Shown: positions 1-8,195 of the stretch, in pieces
Layout: the number at the start of each line of letters is the position of its first letter
Numbering within the stretch: the first letter of the stretch is position 1
Program-made: the position numbers and the translations under genes
NCBI GenBank assembly: GCA_027064305.1
Contig: JAMOPY010000010.1
Location: 1-18,936 of the forward strand
Reading direction: 5' to 3'
Length of the DNA: 18,936 nucleotides
Source of the DNA: Methanobacteriota archaeon
GTDB lineage: Archaea > JAADCQ01 > Methanopyri > Methanopyrales > Methanopyraceae
The notes under the pieces: model-generated
Databases searched by the model: none
The model's input: the letters and a program-made list of their open reading frames with translations, nothing else
What the model was told of the DNA's origin: nothing

Positions 1-2
1 TC

Positions 3-158
3 CAGTTCGTCAGCGTCAACGGGAAGGACCTGTCCGAGTCCGAGGTGCGCCGCTTCTGCCGCGAGGTGGAGTCCGAGCTCGGCTACCCGGCGGCGGATCC
101 GCTGAAAATGCCCGAGGAGTTCCGGGAGCTGGTGCTCGACCTGATCCCGCCCGGCTAG
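3..158 (+). CDS. 3' end of a gene running in from the left, probably DUF1611-family (P-loop) protein
   Basis: My translation of frame 3: QFVSVNGKDLSESEVRRFCREVESELGYPAADPLKMPEEFRELVLDLIPPG*. It resembles the DUF1611 C-terminal pattern (SLN..L...ea......E.GLPA.DP). Stop TAG at 156-158. Confidence 0.55.
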   Translation, partial: QFVSVNGKDLSESEVRRFCREVESELGYPAADPLKMPEEFRELVLDLIPPG

Positions 159-1249
159 TTCCGGGCCGCTCGCCTACCCACCCTCAGGTACACCCGGGCG
201 CACCGCCGCACGCTCTCCACGTCCACCCACTCGTCCGGCCCGTGGATGTTTCCGCCCTTCGGCCCGAAGATCACGGAGTCCACGCCCGCCTCGTGCACCA
301 GGTACTCGATGTCGCAGTGACCCAGCTTGAACCCGATCCGCCCCTCCATCCCCTCCCTCCGGGCCGCGCGCACCACCCACCTCACGACCCGGGAGTCGGC
401 GTCCACCGCCGTCGCCCGGGAGGCGTGCCTCACCCGGACCTCCACCTCGTAACCGGGGGCGGCCCTGCGGGCGGCCCGCTCCACGCGCCGCCGCACCGAG
501 TCCGGCGTGTCGCCCGGGATGGACCGGTAATCGACCGTGAGGCGGCACTCGTCCGGGATCACGTTGCTGGGACCGTCCGCCTCGATGCGCGTAACGCTTA
601 ACGACGACTCGACGCGCCCCACGCCCCGGACCCGGCGCCGGGACGGTTCCAACCGGGAGAGCTCCTCCACCACCCTCGCCGCGGCCTCGATGGGGTTCTT
701 CCCCCTCTCCGGCTGGGAGGCGTGCGCGCTCCTACCCCGGATGACGACCTCCAGCGTGATCCGTCCCCGGTCCCCCACGTGCACCTCACCGTCCGTGGGC
801 TCGCACACGATCCCACCGAGCGCGTCCAGCCCCCGCCGGCACGCGTACAGCGTGCCGTTGTCCTCCTCGCTGGGCGACTCCTCCCCCACGGTGGCCAGCA
901 GGCCGAGCGGCAGCCCCTCGTAGCGCGCCTCCACCACCGCCGACACGGCCGCGGCCAGGCCGCCCTTGCAGTCCGCGGCCCCGCGACCGTACAGCCGCCC
1001 GCCCACCGTGCGGGGCTCGTACGGGTCGGTCACCCGCCACCCGTCGCCGGCGGGCACGGTGTCCATGTGCGCGTTGAGCACCACCCCGCTCAGGTCCCCG
1101 GCCAGCACGTTGCCCATCCCGTCCACCTCGTACGGGACCCCGTGCTCCTCCAGCACCTCCACGATCAGCCGCCGGACCTCCTCCTCGCGCCCCGTCACGC
1201 TGGGCGTGGCCACGAGGTCCCGAAGCAGCCCCTCCGGGTCCACCTCCAT
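155..1249 (-). CDS. M20 family metallo-hydrolase (ArgE/DapE-like deacylase/peptidase)
   Basis: Motifs NAHMDTVP, LYGRGAADCKGG, GEE, CEPT, GRSAHAS, NVIPD, GGNIHGPDEW. Start placed at the ATG of MEVDPE; the ORF-track extension to 1588 is antisense to rpoK. Confidence 0.9.
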   Translation of the reverse strand: MEVDPEGLLRDLVATPSVTGREEEVRRLIVEVLEEHGVPYEVDGMGNVLAGDLSGVVLNAHMDTVPAGDGWRVTDPYEPRTVGGRLYGRGAADCKGGLAAAVSAVVEARYEGLPLGLLATVGEESPSEEDNGTLYACRRGLDALGGIVCEPTDGEVHVGDRGRITLEVVIRGRSAHASQPERGKNPIEAAARVVEELSRLEPSRRRVRGVGRVESSLSVTRIEADGPSNVIPDECRLTVDYRSIPGDTPDSVRRRVERAARRAAPGYEVEVRVRHASRATAVDADSRVVRWVVRAARREGMEGRIGFKLGHCDIEYLVHEAGVDSVIFGPKGGNIHGPDEWVDVESVRRCARVYLRVGRRAARN

Positions 1250-1367
1250 CCGGTTCAAGTCGACCTGGGTCCCCTTCGCCGGGCCCCCAGGCGGAATCCT
1301 TAGTTGATCGTATCGCGTTCCCGGAGGGAGAACGAGTTCACAATCCGTGCACTGAGGTTCACGAGTC

Positions 1368-1559
1368 GTGGGGGCGGCCCGCGTGCGCGAGGAGCTGACC
1401 CGGTTCGAGGTGACCCGGATCCTGGGCGCGAGGGCCCTGCAGATCGCGATGGGTTCCCCGGTGATGGTCGAGGTTCGGGGGGACGAGAGCCCGCTGGAAA
1501 TTGCTAAAAGGGAGTTCGAGGAGGGGGTCATTCCAGTCGTGGTGATAAGGGAGAGGTAG
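1368..1559 (+). CDS. rpoK: DNA-directed RNA polymerase subunit K (Rpo6)
   Basis: LTRFEVTRILGARALQIAMGSP...PLEIAKREFEEGVIP is the Rpo6/RPB6 signature. The true start may be the GTG at 1383. Confidence 0.95.
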   Translation: MGAARVREELTRFEVTRILGARALQIAMGSPVMVEVRGDESPLEIAKREFEEGVIPVVVIRER

Positions 1560-1571
1560 GGGGAGTCGAGT

Positions 1572-1763
1572 GTGCCGGAGCCGGTCATCGACTACGACGC
1601 GTGCCGAGGCGTGTCCGAGTGCGGCGAGTGCATCGAGGCCTGCCCGATGGACGTGCTGGACGAGGAGGACGACAAGCCGGTGGTCGTGAACGCCGACGAC
1701 TGCACGGGCTGCGGCGTGTGCGAGCAGGCCTGCCCGGAGGGCGCGATCGAGGTAAGGGATTAA
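1572..1763 (+). CDS. 2[4Fe-4S] ferredoxin
   Basis: CRGVSECGECIEACP and CTGCGVCEQACP motifs; acidic 63-aa protein. Confidence 0.93.
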   Translation: MPEPVIDYDACRGVSECGECIEACPMDVLDEEDDKPVVVNADDCTGCGVCEQACPEGAIEVRD

Positions 1764-1808
1764 CGCACCGCGGGGCGCGACCGAGTCGGGGTCTGGGGGT
1801 GAGAACCC

Positions 1809-2420
1809 TTGGCGGAGGACGACGAGCTCCTCGTGCCGCTGAACGACTACCTCGCGGCCGGCGTGCACATCGGCACGCAGCAGAAGACGAAGGACATGGA
1901 ACCGTTCATCTACCGGACCCGACCGGACGGGCTGCACGTGATCGACGTGAGGAAGACCGACGAGCGGATCCGGATCGCGGCCAACTTCCTCTCCATGTAC
2001 AACACGGACGAGATCCTCGTCGTGTCCCGCCGGTACTACGGCCAGCGGCCGATCACCAAGTTCGCCGAGGCGACGGGCGCGATGGCCATCCCCGGCCGGT
2101 TCGTGCCGGGGACGCTGACGAACCCGGAGTACGACGGGTACGTGGAGCCGGAGATCATCGTGCTCACGGACCCGCGCGCCGACTTCCAGGCGCTGGTGGA
2201 GGCGCAGAGCGTGGGCATCCCGATCGTCGCGCTGTGCGACACGGACAACTTCACGGGCAACGTGGACCTGGCGATCCCCACGAACAACAAGGGACGCAAG
2301 GCGCTGGCGCTGGTCTACTGGCTGCTGGCGCGCGAGCTGCTGAAGAAGCTGGGCCGGCTGGAGGAGGACGAGGAGTTCGAGTACGACCCGGAGGACTTCG
2401 AGGGCCCGCCACCCCGCTGA
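1809..2420 (+). CDS. rps2: 30S ribosomal protein S2 (uS2)
   Basis: [50 protein letters not shown] before the TTG start. Confidence 0.97.
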   Translation: MAEDDELLVPLNDYLAAGVHIGTQQKTKDMEPFIYRTRPDGLHVIDVRKTDERIRIAANFLSMYNTDEILVVSRRYYGQRPITKFAEATGAMAIPGRFVPGTLTNPEYDGYVEPEIIVLTDPRADFQALVEAQSVGIPIVALCDTDNFTGNVDLAIPTNNKGRKALALVYWLLARELLKKLGRLEEDEEFEYDPEDFEGPPPR

Positions 2421-2441
2421 TTCCCCGGGGCCCCACCACAC

Positions 2442-3038
2442 ATGACCTACGGGATCTCCAAGCACCTGGAGCTCAGCGGGGAGTACAGGGACAAGCTGCT
2501 TCGGGGCGAGAAGCGCGCCACCATCCGCGTGGGCCGGGTGCGGGGCGCGCGCCCGGGTAAGGTCGTGTACCTGCACTGCGGCGGTTACGTGTACGGCAAG
2601 GTCCGGATCACGAACGTGCGCACGAAGCGGGTCCGCGAGCTGACCGACCGGGACGCGAGGCTGGACGGGTTCGAGAACCGGGAGGAGCTGATCAAGGCGC
2701 TGCGAGAGCACTACCCGAATCTCCGGGACGACGACCTGGTCACGATCATCGAGTTCGAGTGGGTGGAGAAGTTCGACGAGCCGATCCTGTCCGAGCACCT
2801 CCCCTACGACGGTCACGACCCGGTCGAGATCGCGAAGCGGGCGCTGGAGGAGGACGTTCCACTCTCCCCGAGGGAGCGGGAGCTGCTGGAGCTGCTGGTG
2901 GAGTGCGGCAGCATCCGAAAGGCCGCCAAGGCGCTGGGCGGCCTGGGTCACCGGGACAAGATCCGACGGGCCGTCCGCAAGGCGTACCGGCTGCTGAAGT
3001 CCCGGGGCCTGCTTAAGGGTGAGAAAGAGGATCGGTGA
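2442..3038 (+). CDS. ASCH domain protein with C-terminal HTH-like region
   Basis: ASCH motif GEKRATIR, then ELTDRDARLDGF...L..HYP. The C-terminal LSPRERELLELLVECGSIRKAAKALGG is HTH-like. Confidence 0.85.
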   Translation: MTYGISKHLELSGEYRDKLLRGEKRATIRVGRVRGARPGKVVYLHCGGYVYGKVRITNVRTKRVRELTDRDARLDGFENREELIKALREHYPNLRDDDLVTIIEFEWVEKFDEPILSEHLPYDGHDPVEIAKRALEEDVPLSPRERELLELLVECGSIRKAAKALGGLGHRDKIRRAVRKAYRLLKSRGLLKGEKEDR

Positions 3039-3044
3039 ACCCCT

Positions 3045-3097
3045 AAACCGAATTCAATAAAAACCGAGGATTTAAGCCCAGCCCCAGGGCGTTCGGA
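3045..3097 (+). promoter_or_regulatory. Candidate archaeal promoter (purine-rich BRE-like stretch plus TATA-like ATTTAAG at 3070-3076) for the permease; probably leaderless
   Basis: AT-rich island in a GC-rich background. The TATA-like element ends about 21 nt before the TTG at 3098 and there is no clear RBS. Confidence 0.55.
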
Positions 3098-4612
3098 TTG
3101 CCGGAGGACGTCGAGCGTGAGCGGGTCGGGCTCCGACGGGAGCTGACGATGCTGGGTTTCGTTTCCACGATCTGCTGTACGGTGATCGGCGGCGGTATCA
3201 ACGTACTGACGTGCATGATCCAGGCGAAGGCTCCCGGCGTCGGGCCCTACGTGCCGCTGGCGTTCCTGATCGGCGCCGTCCCGAGCCTGGTGGCCGGCAT
3301 CGTGGCGGGCGCGCTGAGCGCGGCGGTGCCGAGGGCGGGAGGTCACTACACCTACGTGAGCCGGCTGTTCGACCCGTTCCTGGCCTACTTCAGCTCGTGG
3401 AGCCGCTTCGTGGGTGAGATCGGCGCGTTCGTGGCGATCGCCATCGGTGACGTGTCCCTGCTCGCGGCCATGTGCAAGTTCTGGGGCGCGCCGGGCGCGG
3501 CGGAGTGGCTAAATTCGCACACGCTCTCGGTCGCCACGCTGATCATCATCTTCACGTGGCTCGTGAACGTCCTCGGCATCCGCATCTACGAGGCCGTGGT
3601 CGACACGATGTTCTTCATCCTCTTAACGGGCTTCGCGATCGTCGTCGCCGCCGGGTTCGCGGGTTCCCCGGAGCTCACGCTGAAGGCCATCGGGGGCAGC
3701 GCGGCGCTCCAGTCGCTGATCAAGCAGGCGGGCGGCCTGCCGAAGGACGTGGGCTCGCTGAGCGCGATCTTCTCGGCCGCGGCCACGCTGGTGTTCGCCT
3801 ACGTGGGCTTCGAGACGGGCACGCAGGCGGCGGGCGAGGTCAAGAACCCGGAGAAGACCGTGTTCCGCGGGATGCTGATCGCGCTGGGCATCATCACGGC
3901 GTACTACCTCCTGTACTCGGCCGCCGTGTACCACGCGGTCCCCTGGGAGTACATCTACGCCAAGGCCGTGCTGGCCAAGCAGGCCGGCTCGAACTTCACG
4001 GTGCCCGAGGCCATCGCGCCGGTCCTGAAGACGCTGTCCCCCTCCTGGGGCTCGGCGCTCGCCGGCTACGTCGCGTTCGTGGCCGCCATCGCCCTGCTGA
4101 GCGACCTCCCACCGATGTTCCTGTCGACGAGCCGAATGACGTTCGCCTGGGCGTACGACGGCATGTTCCCGAAGTTCCTCGCCAAGGTCCACCGGCGCTT
4201 CGGCACGCCGCACTGGGCGCTCACGGTGCTGATGATCGCCTCCGTCGTCCTCGTCTGGACGGTCGGGGAGTTCCTGAAGGCGGTCGACATCACCACGGTG
4301 GCCCTGCTGTTCACGTACACGTTCATCTGCATGACCGGCGTCGTCTGGAGGTTCGTCCGGCCGGAGATCTACGAGAAGGCGCCGCTCGGGGACAAGACCA
4401 AGCGCGCCATCCCCTGGCTGGGAGCCATCGGCACGGTGCTGAGCCTGCTGTTCCTGGGCGAGATCGCGATCAGCGACCCGAAGAGCTTCTACTGGTGGAT
4501 CGCGCTGATGGTGCCCGGACCGTTCATCTTCTACTACGCGTACAGCCGCACGGTGAAGCGACTCGGGCCCGAGAAGGCCAGGAAGCGACTGATGGAGATC
4601 CCACCGGAGTAG
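3098..4612 (+). CDS. APC family amino acid/polyamine permease
   Basis: 504 aa with about 12 hydrophobic segments; motifs IGGGIN, PRAGGHYTY, FAYVGFE...GEVKNP, SRMTFAWAYDGMFP, RFGTPHWAL. Confidence 0.92.
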   Translation: MPEDVERERVGLRRELTMLGFVSTICCTVIGGGINVLTCMIQAKAPGVGPYVPLAFLIGAVPSLVAGIVAGALSAAVPRAGGHYTYVSRLFDPFLAYFSSWSRFVGEIGAFVAIAIGDVSLLAAMCKFWGAPGAAEWLNSHTLSVATLIIIFTWLVNVLGIRIYEAVVDTMFFILLTGFAIVVAAGFAGSPELTLKAIGGSAALQSLIKQAGGLPKDVGSLSAIFSAAATLVFAYVGFETGTQAAGEVKNPEKTVFRGMLIALGIITAYYLLYSAAVYHAVPWEYIYAKAVLAKQAGSNFTVPEAIAPVLKTLSPSWGSALAGYVAFVAAIALLSDLPPMFLSTSRMTFAWAYDGMFPKFLAKVHRRFGTPHWALTVLMIASVVLVWTVGEFLKAVDITTVALLFTYTFICMTGVVWRFVRPEIYEKAPLGDKTKRAIPWLGAIGTVLSLLFLGEIAISDPKSFYWWIALMVPGPFIFYYAYSRTVKRLGPEKARKRLMEIPPE

Positions 4613-4658
4613 GGGGGCCTCCCTCCCCATCCGCTTCGTCATCGAGCGGCTCATCGAC

Positions 4659-5969
4659 GTGCTCCTCGACATGGAACGGCACCGTCACTCCCTGAAGGCC
4701 GCCCTCCGCAACGTGCTCCAGGGGATCACGGGGCCCCGGCGTCGGTTCATCCAGGCCCTGGCCCACGACCTCCTCCGCGTGCTGGGCAACGTGGACCTGG
4801 TGCTCAACGAGGTGCTCCGAGGCACCACCGTCGAGGAGCTCCACCCCGTCCTCCGCAACGCCCTCCGCGTCGGCACCTGGGAGATCCACTGGCGCGGCGA
4901 GCACCCCGGCCCCGTGACCAAGGTCGTGGTCGACATCGTCAAGGACCGGCTCGGCCGCCGCGACGCCGACTTCGCCAACGCCGTCCTCCGCCAGGTCGAG
5001 GACGTGGACCCGGACCGGGTGATCCGACGGATCAGCGACCCCATCGCCCGCCTCGCCGCCGAGCACAACTTCCCCAAGTGGTACGTCGAGCTCGTCCGGC
5101 CCGCCTTCCGCAACCTGGCCGAGCTGCGCCGCTTCCTCGAGGCCTGCAACGGCACCCCGGAGCGCTACGTCCGCGTGAACACCCTCGTCGCGGACCCGGA
5201 CGAGGCCATCGAGCGGCTCGAACGGCGCGGGATCGAGGCGGAGCGGGACGAGGACCTCCCCGACGTCCTCCGGATCGTCTCCGCCGACACCCCGATCATT
5301 CGGACCCCGGAGTTCGAGCGGGGCGTGGTCTTCCCCCAGACCAAGGCCTCCGCGGCCGTGGCCCACGCGGCCGAACCGGAGCCCGGGATGACCGTGGTCG
5401 ACCTGTGCGCGGCCCCGGGCGGGAAGACCACGCACCTCGCCCAGCTCATGGAGGGAGAGGGCGAGATCATCGCCATCGACATGCACCCCAAGCGGTTCAG
5501 GACGCTGCGGAAGCGCGTCCGACAGTTCCACGTGGACGACGTCGTGGAGGCCTACCGGATGGACGCCCGGGACGCGCCCGACCAGTTCGGCGAGCACTTC
5601 GCGGACCTCGTCCTCGTGGACCCGCCGTGCACGGGCACCGGGTCCGTGTACTCCAAGCCGGAGAAGCGCTGGGACCTCGAGACGACCGGGCAGCCGACCA
5701 AGTGGGCCCACCTGCAGTGGGACCTGCTCAAGACCGCGATGCGGCTCGTCAAGCCCGGGGGCCGGATCGTCTACTCCACGTGCTCGATCACCCTGACCGA
5801 GAACGAGCGCCTGATCGAGCGGCTCCTGCGCCGATACCAGCACGCGAGGCTGCGTAAACCACCCCTCGACTGGGCCTCCCCCGGCATCCGCATGCCGGAG
5901 GCCCGGCGCACCTGGCCCCACCTGCACCGCACGGACGGGTTCTTCATCGCCCGGGTGGAGGTCGAGTAG
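4659..5969 (+). CDS. RsmB/NOP2 (Sun/Fmu) family RNA m5C methyltransferase with N-terminal NusB-like domain
   Basis: DLCAAPGGKT (SAM binding), DPPCTGTG and YSTCSI (both catalytic Cys), TDGFFIA. N-terminal LRVGTWEI...FANAVLR is NusB-like. Start uncertain (see findings). Confidence 0.92.
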   Translation: MLLDMERHRHSLKAALRNVLQGITGPRRRFIQALAHDLLRVLGNVDLVLNEVLRGTTVEELHPVLRNALRVGTWEIHWRGEHPGPVTKVVVDIVKDRLGRRDADFANAVLRQVEDVDPDRVIRRISDPIARLAAEHNFPKWYVELVRPAFRNLAELRRFLEACNGTPERYVRVNTLVADPDEAIERLERRGIEAERDEDLPDVLRIVSADTPIIRTPEFERGVVFPQTKASAAVAHAAEPEPGMTVVDLCAAPGGKTTHLAQLMEGEGEIIAIDMHPKRFRTLRKRVRQFHVDDVVEAYRMDARDAPDQFGEHFADLVLVDPPCTGTGSVYSKPEKRWDLETTGQPTKWAHLQWDLLKTAMRLVKPGGRIVYSTCSITLTENERLIERLLRRYQHARLRKPPLDWASPGIRMPEARRTWPHLHRTDGFFIARVEVE

Positions 5970-6048
5970 GGTCACGATGATGAGGCCTGCCGCTCGTGAC
6001 GGGACTCCCCCGATGATCGGGACAGGCGTACCGCGGCGGCTGATCCCC
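5969..6048 (+). ncRNA. C/D box guide sRNA 1, predicted to target the 16S rRNA 530-loop region
   Basis: C box ATGATGA 5977-5983, D' GTGA 5996-5999, C' CGATGA 6011-6016, D CTGA 6040-6043. TACCGCGGCGGCTG (6029-6042) is the reverse complement of the conserved archaeal 16S sequence CAGCCGCCGCGGUA. Confidence 0.85.
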
Positions 6049-6057
6049 TCACGCTCA

Positions 6058-6117
6058 CGCCGATGAGGAAACGCCCCCACTGGGGACCCGATGACCGGAA
6101 CGGCGGTGCCCGAGGCG
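6058..6117 (+). ncRNA. C/D box guide sRNA 2
   Basis: Terminal stem CGCC (6058-6061)/GGCG (6114-6117), C ATGAGGA 6063-6069, D' GGGA 6083-6086, C' CGATGA 6089-6094, D CCGA 6110-6113; guides of about 13-15 nt. Target not identified. Confidence 0.7.
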
Positions 6118-6177
6118 GGATGACCGGGCGAGGCGGGGACCGACGGGCCGGATGAGGAGGCGCCCCTTGCGGGACCC
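6117..6177 (+). ncRNA. C/D box guide sRNA 3, with box/guide order permuted relative to sRNA 2
   Basis: GGG/CCC ends, GATGA 6119-6123, CCGA 6140-6143, ATGAGGA 6152-6158, GGGA 6171-6174. Confidence 0.6.
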
Positions 6178-6822
6178 CTACAGCTCCACCCTCACCGCCA
6201 GGGGCACGTAGCCCGGCTCCCCGCCCACGCGATCCGCCAGGTAGGCCGACTCCCGGATCCCGGTGCAGTGGCAGGCGTACACCCGGCGGACCCCGTGCTC
6301 ACGCAGCGTCTCTACCACCCGGTCCAGCCGCTCCCGCGGCTGATCCATCAGGTGCAGCCCGCCCAGCACGCGGCGCGGCTCGTACCCCTCCAACAGCTCC
6401 CCCAGCTCGAAGTGACAGCACCCGACCAGGGCCAGGTCACCCACGACCAGCGACCGCTCCGGCATCACCTCGCCGTCGTACGTGCCCTCGAACGTCTCCG
6501 TCGCCACGATGACACCGTCGAGCAGGTCCACCTCGCCCCCGCCCGGCTCGATTACCCGGCCCCCACTCACCGCCTCCAGGCCTCCCGTGTGATCCCAGTG
6601 CTCGTGCGAGATCACGATGGCGTCGAACTCGGGGTCCATCCCGGCCACCTCCAGGTTGTGCCTGAGGACGTCCGTCGACGGGCCCGTGTCGAAGAGCACC
6701 GCGAAGTCCTCCGAGGGTACCTCCACCACCACCGCCAGGCCGTGCCGGGCCAGGTACGGCTCCCGGACCATGCCCACCCGGTTGTCCACCAGGATGCGCA
6801 CGATCGCCTCCAAGCCGCTCAC
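6178..6822 (-). CDS. MBL-fold metallo-hydrolase, COG1237-like (family of the MJ0301-type methanopterin-pathway enzyme)
   Basis: LVDN, HGLA, VLFDTG, ISHEHWDHTGGL, GCCH, GGLHL, CHCTG. Confidence 0.85.
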   Translation of the reverse strand: MSGLEAIVRILVDNRVGMVREPYLARHGLAVVVEVPSEDFAVLFDTGPSTDVLRHNLEVAGMDPEFDAIVISHEHWDHTGGLEAVSGGRVIEPGGGEVDLLDGVIVATETFEGTYDGEVMPERSLVVGDLALVGCCHFELGELLEGYEPRRVLGGLHLMDQPRERLDRVVETLREHGVRRVYACHCTGIRESAYLADRVGGEPGYVPLAVRVEL

Positions 6823-8189
6823 CCCGGGTTCCCACCGCCTCGGGAGGAGGCCAACCGGATCAAACCCTCGAGCACGCCCCCGTCCGAGCGCACGTGCAGG
6901 TGCGTGTACGAGGCCACGGTGTTCCCCTTCACCAACCCGTCCCGGCCCTCCTCGATCCCGCGACCCCGCTCCAGCCGGTACGCGAACTCGACGTCCTCCC
7001 GGACCTCCACCTCCGAGTAGTGAAACTCGTGTCCCCGAACGACCCGGCCGGGGCGCCCGAACGGGTGATTACCCGTGATCCTACCCTTCACGTACCCCAG
7101 CGCGACGAGCCGATCCCGCATCCGAGCGACCGCGTCAAACACGCCCACCATTTCGTGCTCCCGGCCGTCCGCATCCACCAGCTCCGAGCACAGGTACATC
7201 AGCCCGCCGCACTCACCCAGGATCGGCCCACCCTCCTCGTGGAACCCGCGCAGGTCCTCCATCAGCCGCCGGTCGAGCCGCTCCGCGTACACCTCCGGGT
7301 ACCCGCCCGGCACGTAGACCGCGTCCACGTCCGGCAGCCGGTCCCCCTCCGGATCCACGTGCACCACCTCACCCGCCCGATCCAGGTACCTCAGGTTCTC
7401 CCGGTAATAAAAGGTGAAGACCCTGCCGGACACGACGGCCACCCGCACCCCTTCCCGGGGAGGGCTCGGGGGCGGGACCGGCTCGGCGTCGGGCTCCCCC
7501 GCCTCCAGCCCGGCGATCGCGTCCAGGTCGAGGTACTCGGACGCGACCTCGCCCCAGTACTCCGCCACCCGCTCGGCGAACTCGCGCCGCTCGTCCGCGG
7601 GGATCAGCCCCAGGTGCCGGTCCGGGATCACGGCGTCCCGCAGCCGGGGCACCACCCCGAGGACCCGCACCCCGGGACAGTATCGCTCCAGGGCGCGGCG
7701 CAGCAGCCGCTCGTGACGCTCACTACCCACCCGGTTGAGGATCACCCCGGCGAGCTCCACCCCCACCTCCCGGGCCAGGTCCAGGAACCCGCGCACCTCG
7801 GCCGCCACGGTGGTGGCGTAGCTGCGACAGTCCACGACGAGCACGACCGGGGCGCCGATCAACCGGGCCACGTGCGCCGTGCTCCCCTCCACCGTTCCCT
7901 CACCGTGCCCGTCGAACATCCCCATGACCCCCTCCACCACCGCCCCCGTGAACCCCCGGGTGGCGCGCCGGAAGGTGTCCACCACGCCCCCCTCGCCCAT
8001 CATCCACACGTCCAGGTTGTAGCTCTCCGCCCCGGCGGCCACCTCCAGGTACGTGGGGTCGATGTAGTCCGGCCCCACCTTGAAGGGCCGGACCCGGTAC
8101 CCCTCCTCCCGCAGCGCCCGGAGCAGCCCGATGGTGAGCGAGGTCTTCCCGCACCCGCTCCGGACGCCCGCGATCACCACGCCCATCAC
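6819..8189 (-). CDS. Cobyrinate / Ni-sirohydrochlorin a,c-diamide synthase (CbiA/CobB or CfbB)
   Basis: SGCGKT P-loop, FKVGPDYIDP, EGVMGMFDG, RHLGL, GGYPE, ECGGLMYL, GHEFHYS, YTHLH. CbiA and CfbB cannot be told apart by eye. Confidence 0.92.
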   Translation of the reverse strand: MMGVVIAGVRSGCGKTSLTIGLLRALREEGYRVRPFKVGPDYIDPTYLEVAAGAESYNLDVWMMGEGGVVDTFRRATRGFTGAVVEGVMGMFDGHGEGTVEGSTAHVARLIGAPVVLVVDCRSYATTVAAEVRGFLDLAREVGVELAGVILNRVGSERHERLLRRALERYCPGVRVLGVVPRLRDAVIPDRHLGLIPADERREFAERVAEYWGEVASEYLDLDAIAGLEAGEPDAEPVPPPSPPREGVRVAVVSGRVFTFYYRENLRYLDRAGEVVHVDPEGDRLPDVDAVYVPGGYPEVYAERLDRRLMEDLRGFHEEGGPILGECGGLMYLCSELVDADGREHEMVGVFDAVARMRDRLVALGYVKGRITGNHPFGRPGRVVRGHEFHYSEVEVREDVEFAYRLERGRGIEEGRDGLVKGNTVASYTHLHVRSDGGVLEGLIRLASSRGGGNPG

Positions 8190-8195
8190 GGGACC

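Noticed and set aside
1290-1365. Possible tRNA or C/D sRNA upstream of rpoK
   Set aside because: No cloverleaf or T-loop stem. CTGA is present but there is no convincing C box; more likely divergent promoter sequence.
1250-1588. N-terminal extension of the M20 ORF
   Set aside because: It overlaps rpoK antisense and is Ser/Thr-rich; the recognisable domain begins near 1249.
1359-2951. 530-aa minus-strand ORF and other long shadow ORFs (e.g. 6894-9152, 11835-13706, 13834-15804, 4524-6080)
   Set aside because: They are antisense or out-of-frame to genes with clear motifs, have low-complexity R/P/G/H composition, and are expected at high GC.
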